Positions 1 through 8,325 of a stretch of DNA of 33,308 nucleotides are shown piece by piece. Where the stretch lies: positions 1-33,308 of the forward strand of contig JANXEC010000002.1 of the NCBI GenBank assembly GCA_025058915.1, given 5' to 3'. A program made the position numbers and the translations under genes. This stretch comes from Candidatus Micrarchaeota archaeon. GTDB lineage: Archaea > Micrarchaeota > Micrarchaeia > Anstonellales > J096. The notes below the pieces were generated by a model. That model saw nothing but the letters and a program-made list of their open reading frames with translations. It was not told the origin of the DNA and made no database searches. How positions within the stretch are numbered: position 1 is the stretch's first letter; every line of letters begins with the position of its first letter.

Positions 1-1560
1 TGGTTTTAGCATGTTCTGAGGAACTCTGCCTTGGAATTCCAAGATGCTGAACATTTTCACATCGAAGACTATGTATTTTACTCTATATTCTCTGAGCAGT
101 TGCTGGGCTAGTTGTCTATCTTCTGAGTACAACATGATTGCAGCGTCTAGATCTCTGTTCGAGAAGTTCAGGAAAGGGAGATGGAATGATTGAGCCCATC
201 TGCTTGTCACAACCTGAGATCCTGTGTAGGAATTTATCAGGAATGATATAGGTTTGTTAGACAACACCACTCCTGGGTCTCTAGATATGATATTTATAGC
301 CTCTACATAACTAGGAATTGTATCCGCCAGCGTAATATTCTTGTAGGTGCTTATGGATTTCAGTCTCTCTGGGAATTCAGAATATAATTCATATATACCT
401 GCTATGATCAGTATTATGCCTGCTATCATTCCATGTTGATTGGAATCTTTGATTCTGTATAACATCCCTAATAATATAAGAGGTTTGAAGACTATCCCTA
501 AGGAGTATGAAGGGACTATGTTTATTCTGAACAGAGCATCTAGTATAGGCGAAGATATCAGTAGAATCACAAAGATTAAAATCATACTGTCTATAGGATC
601 AATCTTGAGATTCCGATAGATTGTAAAGAGATATATGATAATAGGAATTATCATAAGATCATTCAGAAGAAAATCCAATACTTTTTTCACTAGGAACTCC
701 ATCCCTTCTGGTCTAGAATAATTAGGGAAATCCATCCTCATTCTGGGGAAGTAATCTGTTAGATCAATCCTTGTGATTACAATGAACAGGATAGATACAG
801 CGATTGTGATCAACATGAGATTGTTTTTTATGATTCTAACTATACTTCTATTTGTCTGGAACTCTAGCAAGAGTCTATATGCTATGAACATACCTGTAAA
901 TCCAAACAATATGAAATGCGATATGAATGATAGAGCTAAGGACAACCAATATATTCCAGTCTGTAGGAGATACAGAACAATCACAGAGACTATCTGTGAT
1001 GCGAATTCTGTGTATTTCAGGATGTATGGGAAGTTTGAGATTGAGAATAACATTACCCCTAGACTTAGAACAGGTTGATTAGTGATTCTGAATGCAATTA
1101 TATACCAAACTATGTTGAGATAGAGTAAGAAGGTTGATAGATGTTTCATTGTGTCTATTCCATTCATTCCAGAGATCTTCATCCATAATACTGCAAGCCA
1201 TGAATAGATGGGATTGTATGAGAATATCTTGTTAGAATAGTAATGGTTTCCAAACAGATCCAAGGTTCTGTTCATGTAGTTTATCTGACCCAATTGAGCA
1301 TAGTAATCCCCTCCTATTATAGGAGAAGGTAGTTCTTGGACTGTTCTGAGCATTTCAAATGAGGTTGTAGCATAGATAGATGCTAGCAACATACTGATCA
1401 GGAAATACACTCCTCCTTCTCTTCCAAGCCCTATCCATGCCAAGGATATACCGATGAGAGCTACGAGATTGATATATATGTTATCATGTAGTCTAGAGCC
1501 TGTAATAAGAGTAGTGGATATTATGAAGACTATTATAGACACTATTGCAGTCTTCTCCAT
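1..1560 (-). CDS. Multi-pass membrane protein, putative GT-C-fold glycosyltransferase (partial, runs off left edge)
   Basis: Not in the ORF track. Both ends were translated by hand in the same frame. It starts at ATG 1560: MEKTAIVSIIVFIIST...LPSPIIGGDYYAQLGQINY. It has hydrophobic helices and ends in a soluble region ...AQQLLREYRVKYIVFD, like the extracellular domain of AglB/PMT-type proteins. Confidence 0.65.
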   Translation of the reverse strand, partial: MEKTAIVSIIVFIISTTLITGSRLHDNIYINLVALIGISLAWIGLGREGGVYFLISMLLASIYATTSFEMLRTVQELPSPIIGGDYYAQLGQINYMNRTLDLFGNHYYSNKIFSYNPIYSWLAVLWMKISGMNGIDTMKHLSTFLLYLNIVWYIIAFRITNQPVLSLGVMLFSISNFPYILKYTEFASQIVSVIVLYLLQTGIYWLSLALSFISHFILFGFTGMFIAYRLLLEFQTNRSIVRIIKNNLMLITIAVSILFIVITRIDLTDYFPRMRMDFPNYSRPEGMEFLVKKVLDFLLNDLMIIPIIIYLFTIYRNLKIDPIDSMILIFVILLISSPILDALFRINIVPSYSLGIVFKPLILLGMLYRIKDSNQHGMIAGIILIIAGIYELYSEFPERLKSISTYKNITLADTIPSYVEAINIISRDPGVVLSNKPISFLINSYTGSQVVTSRWAQSFHLPFLNFSNRDLDAAIMLYSEDRQLAQQLLREYRVKYIVFDVKMFSILEFQGRVPQNMLKP

Positions 1561-2552
1561 CTTTTACCATCAAAGTAATCTATCCAATCCTTGCTAATAA
1601 CCATGGTTACACTATCCGGTCTTCTGAAACAGTCTGGAAACTCACATATTTGGAATTTATCCCCTAAAGGACCCAGAACCTCTCCAGTCAGAGGATCTAC
1701 AACAAATCCCCACCTTATATCTCTGTAGGAATTCACCTTGATCGATGATATTGCTACACCGCAATGACCCTTATTTTGAGTGTTGAAACACACGACCACA
1801 AACTCATAGTCTTTGCGTCTTGAGAAGAGATGATAGGTGTATCCTTTCACAGTTAAATTATTGTGGATCTTGTACGAAAAGTATTCATAATCAATTATGT
1901 TCACTCTCTTCATTCCCTCAAGCAACATATTTGTATCAAGCGACTCTAGCAGGGCTCTCAGTGCAAGAGCATGATGTTTACAATCTCCTCTACCGATCTC
2001 AAAGAATTTAGATAGGCTGTAGAATTCATCCACCCTACTGATGTATCCGTATTTGTCTCTCATTAAATATGTTGCACAGGGTATGTTGAGAGAGAAGATG
2101 TTTGAACATTCTCTAAGTATTTTTGATCTCAGTTCAGTATCTGAGAAATTTGAATTCTCTCTGAACCATGCTGAGAGATTCTTGAACATCTCCCATTCAG
2201 ATCTATTAGCCTGAGATCTTAGCTCTCTGATTATCTCGATAGAGCGATTGAGTTCTCTAGAGAGATTATCGTAATCTTGTATCAAAGAATCATAGTCTCT
2301 AGATAGATTATTATATAGACTCTGGAGTCGCCTGTAGGATTCGTTCGTATCTCTAATTAATTCTATCAATATCTGATTCTGTTGCCTCTGATCTGCTAAT
2401 TGTTCTGATAGTTCTGAAATGTTCGATCTGAGCATCTGAATTGTATTCATCAACTCATCAATTCTGGCTTGATTCTGTTGTGATGTGGTTATTAGATACA
2501 TCCATGACCCTACAAGCAACAATATCAATCCTATAGTGACATAATTAGTCAT
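1542..2552 (-). CDS. Membrane-anchored coiled-coil protein with transglutaminase-like (Cys-His-Asp) domain
   Basis: N-terminal TM helix, then a heptad-rich stalk of about 90 aa. GRGDCKHHA (Cys), KGHCGVA (His) and VVDP (Asp) follow in the order typical of the transglutaminase-like superfamily. Confidence 0.7.
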   Translation of the reverse strand: MTNYVTIGLILLLVGSWMYLITTSQQNQARIDELMNTIQMLRSNISELSEQLADQRQQNQILIELIRDTNESYRRLQSLYNNLSRDYDSLIQDYDNLSRELNRSIEIIRELRSQANRSEWEMFKNLSAWFRENSNFSDTELRSKILRECSNIFSLNIPCATYLMRDKYGYISRVDEFYSLSKFFEIGRGDCKHHALALRALLESLDTNMLLEGMKRVNIIDYEYFSYKIHNNLTVKGYTYHLFSRRKDYEFVVVCFNTQNKGHCGVAISSIKVNSYRDIRWGFVVDPLTGEVLGPLGDKFQICEFPDCFRRPDSVTMVISKDWIDYFDGKRWRRLQ

Positions 2553-2586
2553 GTATTTATAATAAAAACATTTTTATAATAAACTC

Positions 2587-3768
2587 ATGGAGATTATAGT
2601 AGATCTTCATGTACATGGAAGATATGCAAGAGCAACTTCATCTAGACTAAATCCAAGAACTATGAGGAAGGCTGCTATCCAAAAAGGAGTTAATGTTCTT
2701 GGGACAGGTGATTTTACACACCCAGAATGGTTCAGAGAGTTCAAGGAACTAGAAGAGAGAGATGGCTTGCTGTTCTTAGAGGAATTTCCATTCATGTTGT
2801 CTGTAGAGGTTAATAATGTTTTCGAATACAGAGGGAGGGTTTTGACAATACATAATGTGATAATCACAGATTCTTTGGAATCTGCAGAGCAGATATGTGA
2901 TTATCTGGGTAAATACGGAGATCTAAGTAAGGACGGTAGACCTAATATAAATCTTTCTATGGTTGAAATGATGGATTCGTTGAAATCTATGAATCCCAGA
3001 ACAGAGGTATTTGCAGCTCATATCTGGACACCTTGGTTCTCGATACTTGGAGCAAGAAATGGTCTTAGATCGATATATGAAGTAATAGATAGTAGATTGT
3101 TAGCTGTGGAGACAGGTCTGAGTGCGGATCCTGAGATGACATGGAAAACTCATGCAGGTGATTTTCCAATCATCTCTAATTCAGATGCACACAGTCTAGA
3201 AAACATAGGCAGAGAGGCTACCAAGATAGAGGTAAGTGATCTGTCCTACCAGAGTATAATAAGGAGTATCAGAGAGAGGAAGATACTGAAAACCTATGAA
3301 TTCTACCCTCAGGAAGGGAAGTACTACTACGATGGCCATAGGAATTGTGGAGTGAGTCAACATCCTGATGAATCTATTTCTAATCTGAACATATGCAAGA
3401 AATGTGGTAGAAAACTAACCATAGGAGTTCTGCACAGATCTATGGAATTGAAAGACAACATTAGCAGACCTCATCAGAAATTCCAATATATAATCCCTCT
3501 CAAATCAATCCTTTCATATGTGATGGGGGTGGAGGAATCTAGTAAGAGAGTTGAGAGAGAATACGAGAGAATCATAAAGGTGTATGGAACAGAGATGAAT
3601 GTTTTTGATAGTTATAGTAGAGAGATATTAGTGAGTCTGTTTGGTTCGGAGATGGGTAACAAGATGTATAGGATTCTGAGCGGTGGTATAGATTGGGAAC
3701 CTGGATATGATGGTTTATATGGAAGGTTTAGACTCAAGGAGCAGAATCTCCTAGAGCAACTGAAATGA
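2587..3768 (+). CDS. endoQ: Endonuclease Q family PHP-domain nuclease
   Basis: PHP motifs DLHVHGRYARATS, GTGDFTHP, AHIWTPW and SNSDAHS. Zn-binding region GKYYYDGHRNCG...CKKCG, and PGYDGLYG. Confidence 0.85.
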   Translation: MEIIVDLHVHGRYARATSSRLNPRTMRKAAIQKGVNVLGTGDFTHPEWFREFKELEERDGLLFLEEFPFMLSVEVNNVFEYRGRVLTIHNVIITDSLESAEQICDYLGKYGDLSKDGRPNINLSMVEMMDSLKSMNPRTEVFAAHIWTPWFSILGARNGLRSIYEVIDSRLLAVETGLSADPEMTWKTHAGDFPIISNSDAHSLENIGREATKIEVSDLSYQSIIRSIRERKILKTYEFYPQEGKYYYDGHRNCGVSQHPDESISNLNICKKCGRKLTIGVLHRSMELKDNISRPHQKFQYIIPLKSILSYVMGVEESSKRVEREYERIIKVYGTEMNVFDSYSREILVSLFGSEMGNKMYRILSGGIDWEPGYDGLYGRFRLKEQNLLEQLK

Positions 3769-4135
3769 TGAATACACTTATGTAGAGCTGTGCAACTGTT
3801 GGTATTCTGTGTTTGTATACAAGAGTTGTGGCTAATATCATAAGGACATAGATAATCAGGAACACAGGGAGATATGTAATATCCTGAAGCAGACTTATAG
3901 AATTAGCTATGTGTAGATAGTCTGATCTATCGACGAAATTTCTACGTATGGCTACAGATATCGTCTCATAGACTATGAACGTGATGGTGAGAGAGACTAT
4001 CCATAGGATATATCTATCTGTGTTTACAAGCACTAGGGATGTTATGAGTAATGACAATGGAAGATTAGGAACAACGTATCGGAGATCGTAATATACTAGT
4101 ATTACCAATGATATAATCAGTAGTTCATATATCAT
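3734..4135 (-). CDS. Small membrane protein, possibly a divergent A24 prepilin peptidase
   Basis: About 5 hydrophobic segments. YYDLRYVVPN resembles the first Asp motif (D-x-x-x-x-x-IPN), DRSDYLH sits where GxGD would be, and RIPTV resembles the C-terminal IPF motif. Confidence 0.45.
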   Translation of the reverse strand: MIYELLIISLVILVYYDLRYVVPNLPLSLLITSLVLVNTDRYILWIVSLTITFIVYETISVAIRRNFVDRSDYLHIANSISLLQDITYLPVFLIIYVLMILATTLVYKHRIPTVAQLYISVFIISVALGDSAP

Positions 4136-4617
4136 TTACCTCTCTTTGTCCTGTATATTCCTGAATACTCTCTGAAGCTTGACCTAGATCTTAGGAATAC
4201 TATCTGCCCTACTCTAGCATTTCTGTATATTTCAATCCCATTTGGATTGATCACATGCATCAGCATTTCTGCGTATCCTTCAAATCCAGGATCAAACAGG
4301 CCTGAATATATAGCAACACCATTCCTCAGCAATGATGTTCTGGGGAAGAATATACCTAAAGTTCGATTATCTATCTTAAGATACTCGTTCAGAGATATCT
4401 TGTATACTCCTTGTGAGAGATGAGCCTTGTCATCAAACTCTATCTTCAGAGTCTGGGCTAGTTTTCTATGTTTATTATCAAAATCTACCCTGCCATATCC
4501 TATGAAATAATAAACATCTTTCAGAGTCAGATCGATACCAGCCTGCTGTTCCTGAATCTCTCTATCTATATATTCAGATATGATTCTATCAAAAACCTTC
4601 GATGGTGGAACTATCAT
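4132..4617 (-). CDS. Trimeric dUTPase / dCTP deaminase family protein
   Basis: GIDLTL, PRTSLLRNG, FDPGFEG, ARVGQIVF and C-terminal YSGIY motifs. Confidence 0.85.
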   Translation of the reverse strand: MIVPPSKVFDRIISEYIDREIQEQQAGIDLTLKDVYYFIGYGRVDFDNKHRKLAQTLKIEFDDKAHLSQGVYKISLNEYLKIDNRTLGIFFPRTSLLRNGVAIYSGLFDPGFEGYAEMLMHVINPNGIEIYRNARVGQIVFLRSRSSFREYSGIYRTKRGK

Positions 4618-4701
4618 GCTATTCTTTTTGACTGTACATTTTTAAAATCCCTACGAAGGTTAGGTTTAAAAAGATATTCAGATTAACATTAATTGGTGGA
4701 T

Positions 4702-4896
4702 ATGATGACAAAAGATAAGAAGCCAGAAGAACCAAAACCAAAGAGACCAGAGGATGATAAGAAGAAGCCAGAAGATGAAAAAAAGAAGCCAAAGGACGAG
4801 GAAGAGGATTGGGAGGAGGAGGAAGAGGATTGGGATGAGGATTGGGAGGAAGATTGGGAAGAGGAAGAGGATTGGGAGGAGGAGGAAGAGGAATAG
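4702..4896 (+). CDS. Small low-complexity protein: Lys/Pro/Glu N-half and acidic Trp-repeat C-half
   Basis: TTTAAAAA at 4665, an SD-like GGTGG just before ATG 4702, and a stop abutting the next ATG (TAG|ATG). Purine-rich like neighbouring sense strands. Confidence 0.7.
   Translation: MMTKDKKPEEPKPKRPEDDKKKPEDEKKKPKDEEEDWEEEEEDWDEDWEEDWEEEEDWEEEEEE
4801..4893 (+). repeat. Imperfect coding repeat with GATTGGGA five times, encoding (E/D)n-DW
   Basis: gaggattgggag-like units separated by gag/gaa runs, read directly from the sequence. Confidence 0.85.
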
Positions 4897-5388
4897 ATGA
4901 GATTCTATTTCTCATATTTCTATGAATTCTTGAAAAATGGTCTGCTGATATCTATAATAGGTTTAATCCTGTTAATGTTACCTGAGATAGTACAGGCTCT
5001 ATCCGTGAATCTACCATTCGATTTTTTGTATTTTGAGGAAAATTTCTTGGTATTGAGAGGTGTGGGTATATTATTGATATTATTTGCTTTCATCTATAGT
5101 TATCTGAAATTCAAGTTCAGTTTTCTAGATATTACTCCTGAGTATCTATACTATGAAGAAGGTATAATTGCAAAGGTCAGGAAAAAAATACCTTACAAAA
5201 CAATCACAGACATTCAGATGAAGAGATCTGTGTTAGATACTATAATGGGATGGGATTCAATATACATAAACACTGCAGGGAGAGCAGATTATGAATTGAT
5301 TATAAAGGGCATATCTATTGAACATGGCGATCTCATGTTTGAAGAACTGAAGAAGAGAATTTCTGCATCAAATCTGAGCAGAGAATGA
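4897..5388 (+). CDS. Membrane protein with bacterial PH domain (bPH_2/YdbS-like)
   Basis: Two TM helices followed by YYEEGIIAK...IPYKTITDIQMKRSVLDTIMGWDSIYINTAG. Confidence 0.8.
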   Translation: MRFYFSYFYEFLKNGLLISIIGLILLMLPEIVQALSVNLPFDFLYFEENFLVLRGVGILLILFAFIYSYLKFKFSFLDITPEYLYYEEGIIAKVRKKIPYKTITDIQMKRSVLDTIMGWDSIYINTAGRADYELIIKGISIEHGDLMFEELKKRISASNLSRE

Positions 5389-5894
5389 AAATAGGGATTA
5401 CAGGTACTCCTGGAACAGGTAAAACAACCATCTCCAAACTCCTATCGAAAAGGTTGGGTTATAAGTATATAGACATCAAAGATATCGTTAAGCAGAATGG
5501 GTTAGGGAAGGAGGTGGATGTGGAGAGATTGGAAGAGATTCTTAGAGAGATCTTGAGAGGGAGAGATGATTATGTGGTAGAGAGCCATCTGCTTGTTGAA
5601 ATGAACATAGATCTGGATATTATAATAGTACTGAGGGCATCGTACAGAGCACTTCTGAGGAGATACAGAGTTAGAGGATATGATGCAGAGACAATCTGGG
5701 AAAATATTGCTGCAGAGGTTCAGGATTATTTTGTTACAAAACTAGAGAACAGAAAGTACATACAGATAGATACTACTGCCAAGAGACCTGAACAGGTAGT
5801 AGAGACTATAATTAAATACATACAGACTGGCAGAAGTGATAGTGTAGATTGGACCAGAGATCTGATGAATCTAGCACTAAGACGCAAAATATAG
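5385..5894 (+). CDS. fap7: Adenylate kinase 6 / Fap7-like P-loop kinase
   Basis: ITGTPGTGKTT Walker A, VVESHL, and RGY...ENIAAE. Confidence 0.85.
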   Translation: MKIGITGTPGTGKTTISKLLSKRLGYKYIDIKDIVKQNGLGKEVDVERLEEILREILRGRDDYVVESHLLVEMNIDLDIIIVLRASYRALLRRYRVRGYDAETIWENIAAEVQDYFVTKLENRKYIQIDTTAKRPEQVVETIIKYIQTGRSDSVDWTRDLMNLALRRKI

Positions 5895-5932
5895 TTTTTA
5901 AAATCTATTCTATTGAATAATAAACGTGATTT

Positions 5933-6478
5933 GTGATGGAGAACATTAGAGAGGAACTAGACAGGCTCAAAGATGAGAGGAAAGAGATATTCTTCCATCT
6001 AAAAGAAGTAGAGGAGAACCTTGGATATTTGATCAAGGAGAAAGAGTACCTCCAACCAAGTGTAGATAAGTTCAATGAGATGAAACTGTACGATCTGAAG
6101 AGAAAACAGAAGAGGTTAGAATATTTGCTTGTTACTCAATCCAAAAATGCAAAGAACGAGAAGAAATACCTAGATAAACTTATTAGTATAGAGAGAAAAC
6201 TGAAGGAGTATGCACATCTGTTTGAGGCTCGGACTAGATATAACATAGTCATAAAACAGATAGAGACCTTAGAGAAACAGAGGGATGAGCTGAAACAGAA
6301 GATACAGGAGCTAGATAATAAAATAAATGAACATCTGAAGGCACTCAAATCCAACATGCCTAAGAGGAGAAAGAGAGAAAAACCTGAAATTGACGTAGAG
6401 AATCAAGAGACTGATGATGAGAGCATAGGTAAGAATTACGTATCTCTAGAGGATCTGATCAGTCAAGACACTAAATAA
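5933..6478 (+). CDS. Coiled-coil protein of unknown function
   Basis: Heptad-rich and E/K-rich over about 140 aa, with a basic/acidic tail. TATA-like sequence at about 5895. Confidence 0.7.
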   Translation: MMENIREELDRLKDERKEIFFHLKEVEENLGYLIKEKEYLQPSVDKFNEMKLYDLKRKQKRLEYLLVTQSKNAKNEKKYLDKLISIERKLKEYAHLFEARTRYNIVIKQIETLEKQRDELKQKIQELDNKINEHLKALKSNMPKRRKREKPEIDVENQETDDESIGKNYVSLEDLISQDTK

Positions 6479-6514
6479 TTTAAAAACATACAGAGTTTAT
6501 AAATTGGTGATCGT

Positions 6515-6907
6515 ATGGAAAATAAGATCAGTGCTGAAAGAATCCTAGCATATATAGTGGATCTAATAGTAATAATTATAATAAGTTTTGTAGTGAGCAT
6601 TGGATTTGGTATCTTGGGATTCATACTGTTCTTCATTGCACCCCTGATGTTCCTTATATCTACGTTAGTCTCTCTGTTTATTCCTCTTGTGTACTTCTAC
6701 GTCACAGAGTATGGATTTGGTCGAACTGTTGGACACGCAATCTTCGGATTGGCGGTTACAGGATATCAAAATGCTAGTTTGGGGAACAGATTGAAGAGGA
6801 CATTACTTAAATACCCTCTCATAGCCCTTATTGTATTCCTGTATAGTTTGATCAGTGATAGATATCTCCACGAAGAAATATCAGGTATCAAGACTCAGAA
6901 GATCTGA
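6515..6907 (+). CDS. RDD family membrane protein
   Basis: ERILAYIVD, GRTVGHAIFGL and RYLHEEISG. SD GGTGA upstream. Confidence 0.85.
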   Translation: MENKISAERILAYIVDLIVIIIISFVVSIGFGILGFILFFIAPLMFLISTLVSLFIPLVYFYVTEYGFGRTVGHAIFGLAVTGYQNASLGNRLKRTLLKYPLIALIVFLYSLISDRYLHEEISGIKTQKI

Positions 6908-6972
6908 TGATCAGGTTGAATAGTAAAATTTCCCTAAGATAGTTTTTAAAGATATCTCAGATAATACACAGC

Positions 6973-8136
6973 ATGCGAAGAGTGGCTGTTATAGGAATAG
7001 GTATAACGAAGTTCGGTGAACATTGGGATAGGAGTCTTAGGGATCTTGCACTTGAGGCTGGTATAAAGGCAATTACAGATGCGGGATTGGAAGGCGAAAA
7101 AATAGATGCTGGATATTTAGGGAACATGGCTGCTGGTAATTTTGCCATGCAGGAACACCTAGGTGCTCTGCTTGCAGACGAGTTGGGATTGAATCCAATC
7201 CCTGTCACCAGAGTAGAAGCAGCATGCGCCTCCGGTGCAGTAGCATTCAGACAGGCATACATGGCAGTAGCCTCTGGAGTTCATGATATAGTTGTAGCAG
7301 GAGGTGTTGAGAAGATGACTGATCTAGATACGGAGACAGTCACTAAGATACTCTCTGCTGCAGGGGATCAGGAATGGGAAGCCTTTCAGGGAGCAACATT
7401 TCCTGCTCTGTATGCACTGATGATGAGAGCATACATGATTAAGTATGGTGCCAAAGAGGAGGATTTTGCATACATAGCAGTGAAGAATCATAGACATGCT
7501 AAGAATGTGGAATACGCCCAATTCAGAAATGAGATCACTGTAGAACAGGTCATGGAGTCTAAATATGTAGCAGAACCTATCAAAGTCCTAGATTCATCTC
7601 CGATCACAGATGGAGCAGCAGCAGTGATACTTGCTCCTCTAGAGATTGCATATTCGTATACTTCAGAACCTGTAGAGGTACTAGCAAGTGCACAGGCCTC
7701 TGATACAATAGCACTCCATAGTAGGGAAGATATCACATTTCTGAGAGCAACCAGAATCGCTGCTGATAGGGCATATAGGCAGGCAAACATAACACCGTCT
7801 CAAATAGATGTGGCAGAGGTACATGATGCATTCACAATAGGTGAGGTTCTAGCTCTAGAGGGACTTGGGATATTTGATAGAGGTACTGCATATAGAGCTG
7901 CAAGAGAGAATCTAACAACATATGGAGGTCAGCTCGTTGTGAATCCTAGTGGAGGTCTTAAGGCTGCTGGTCATCCTGTAGGTGCAACAGGTATTAAACA
8001 GATATATGAAGTAGTACTACAACTGAGAGGCAAGGCAGGTAACAGACAGGTGAAAAATGCAAGTTATGGATTGACCAATAATGTAGGGGGTAGTGGTGCT
8101 ACATCAGTGGTTCATATATTTGGTAAGGTGTATTAA
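6973..8136 (+). CDS. acaB: Archaeal acetyl-CoA C-acetyltransferase (thiolase)
   Basis: EAACASG (catalytic Cys), GVEKM, EVHDAFT, NPSGGLKAAGHPVGATG and NVGGSG. Confidence 0.93.
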   Translation: MRRVAVIGIGITKFGEHWDRSLRDLALEAGIKAITDAGLEGEKIDAGYLGNMAAGNFAMQEHLGALLADELGLNPIPVTRVEAACASGAVAFRQAYMAVASGVHDIVVAGGVEKMTDLDTETVTKILSAAGDQEWEAFQGATFPALYALMMRAYMIKYGAKEEDFAYIAVKNHRHAKNVEYAQFRNEITVEQVMESKYVAEPIKVLDSSPITDGAAAVILAPLEIAYSYTSEPVEVLASAQASDTIALHSREDITFLRATRIAADRAYRQANITPSQIDVAEVHDAFTIGEVLALEGLGIFDRGTAYRAARENLTTYGGQLVVNPSGGLKAAGHPVGATGIKQIYEVVLQLRGKAGNRQVKNASYGLTNNVGGSGATSVVHIFGKVY

Positions 8137-8169
8137 AGGTTTAAAAATTTTCTTTCTGAAGTAATTAAC

Positions 8170-8325
8170 ATGAATAAATTTGTAAAGGCTAGGTTGATAG
8201 GTGCACGTGCTCTACAGATCTCTTGTGGGGCTCCTTCTATGATAGATGAGAAGGTAAGAGATTCTGTAGAGTTGAGTTATATTGAGTTCCAGAGATCCAA
8301 GATTCCTCTAGAGGTGAGAGAATGA
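8170..8325 (+). CDS. rpoK: DNA-directed RNA polymerase subunit K (Rpo6), 51 aa
   Basis: Below the ORF-track size. Translated by hand: MNKFVKARLIGARALQISCGAPSMIDEKVRDSVELSYIEFQRSKIPLEVRE. ARLIGARALQIS-GAP is the Rpo6/RPB6 signature. TATA box at 8140. Confidence 0.93.
   Translation: MNKFVKARLIGARALQISCGAPSMIDEKVRDSVELSYIEFQRSKIPLEVRE

Noticed and set aside
773..1078. 101-aa ORF on the + strand
   Set aside because: Antisense to the long minus-strand membrane gene at 1-1560.
4801..4893. Possible mini-CRISPR or regulatory repeat
   Set aside because: Units are only 8-12 nt, in frame, and have no unique spacers. No cas genes are present.
4619..4915. Proline-rich 98-aa ORF on the minus strand
   Set aside because: It is the antisense shadow of the Glu-rich repeat. 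The + strand ORF has the TATA box, SD and coupling to the next gene.
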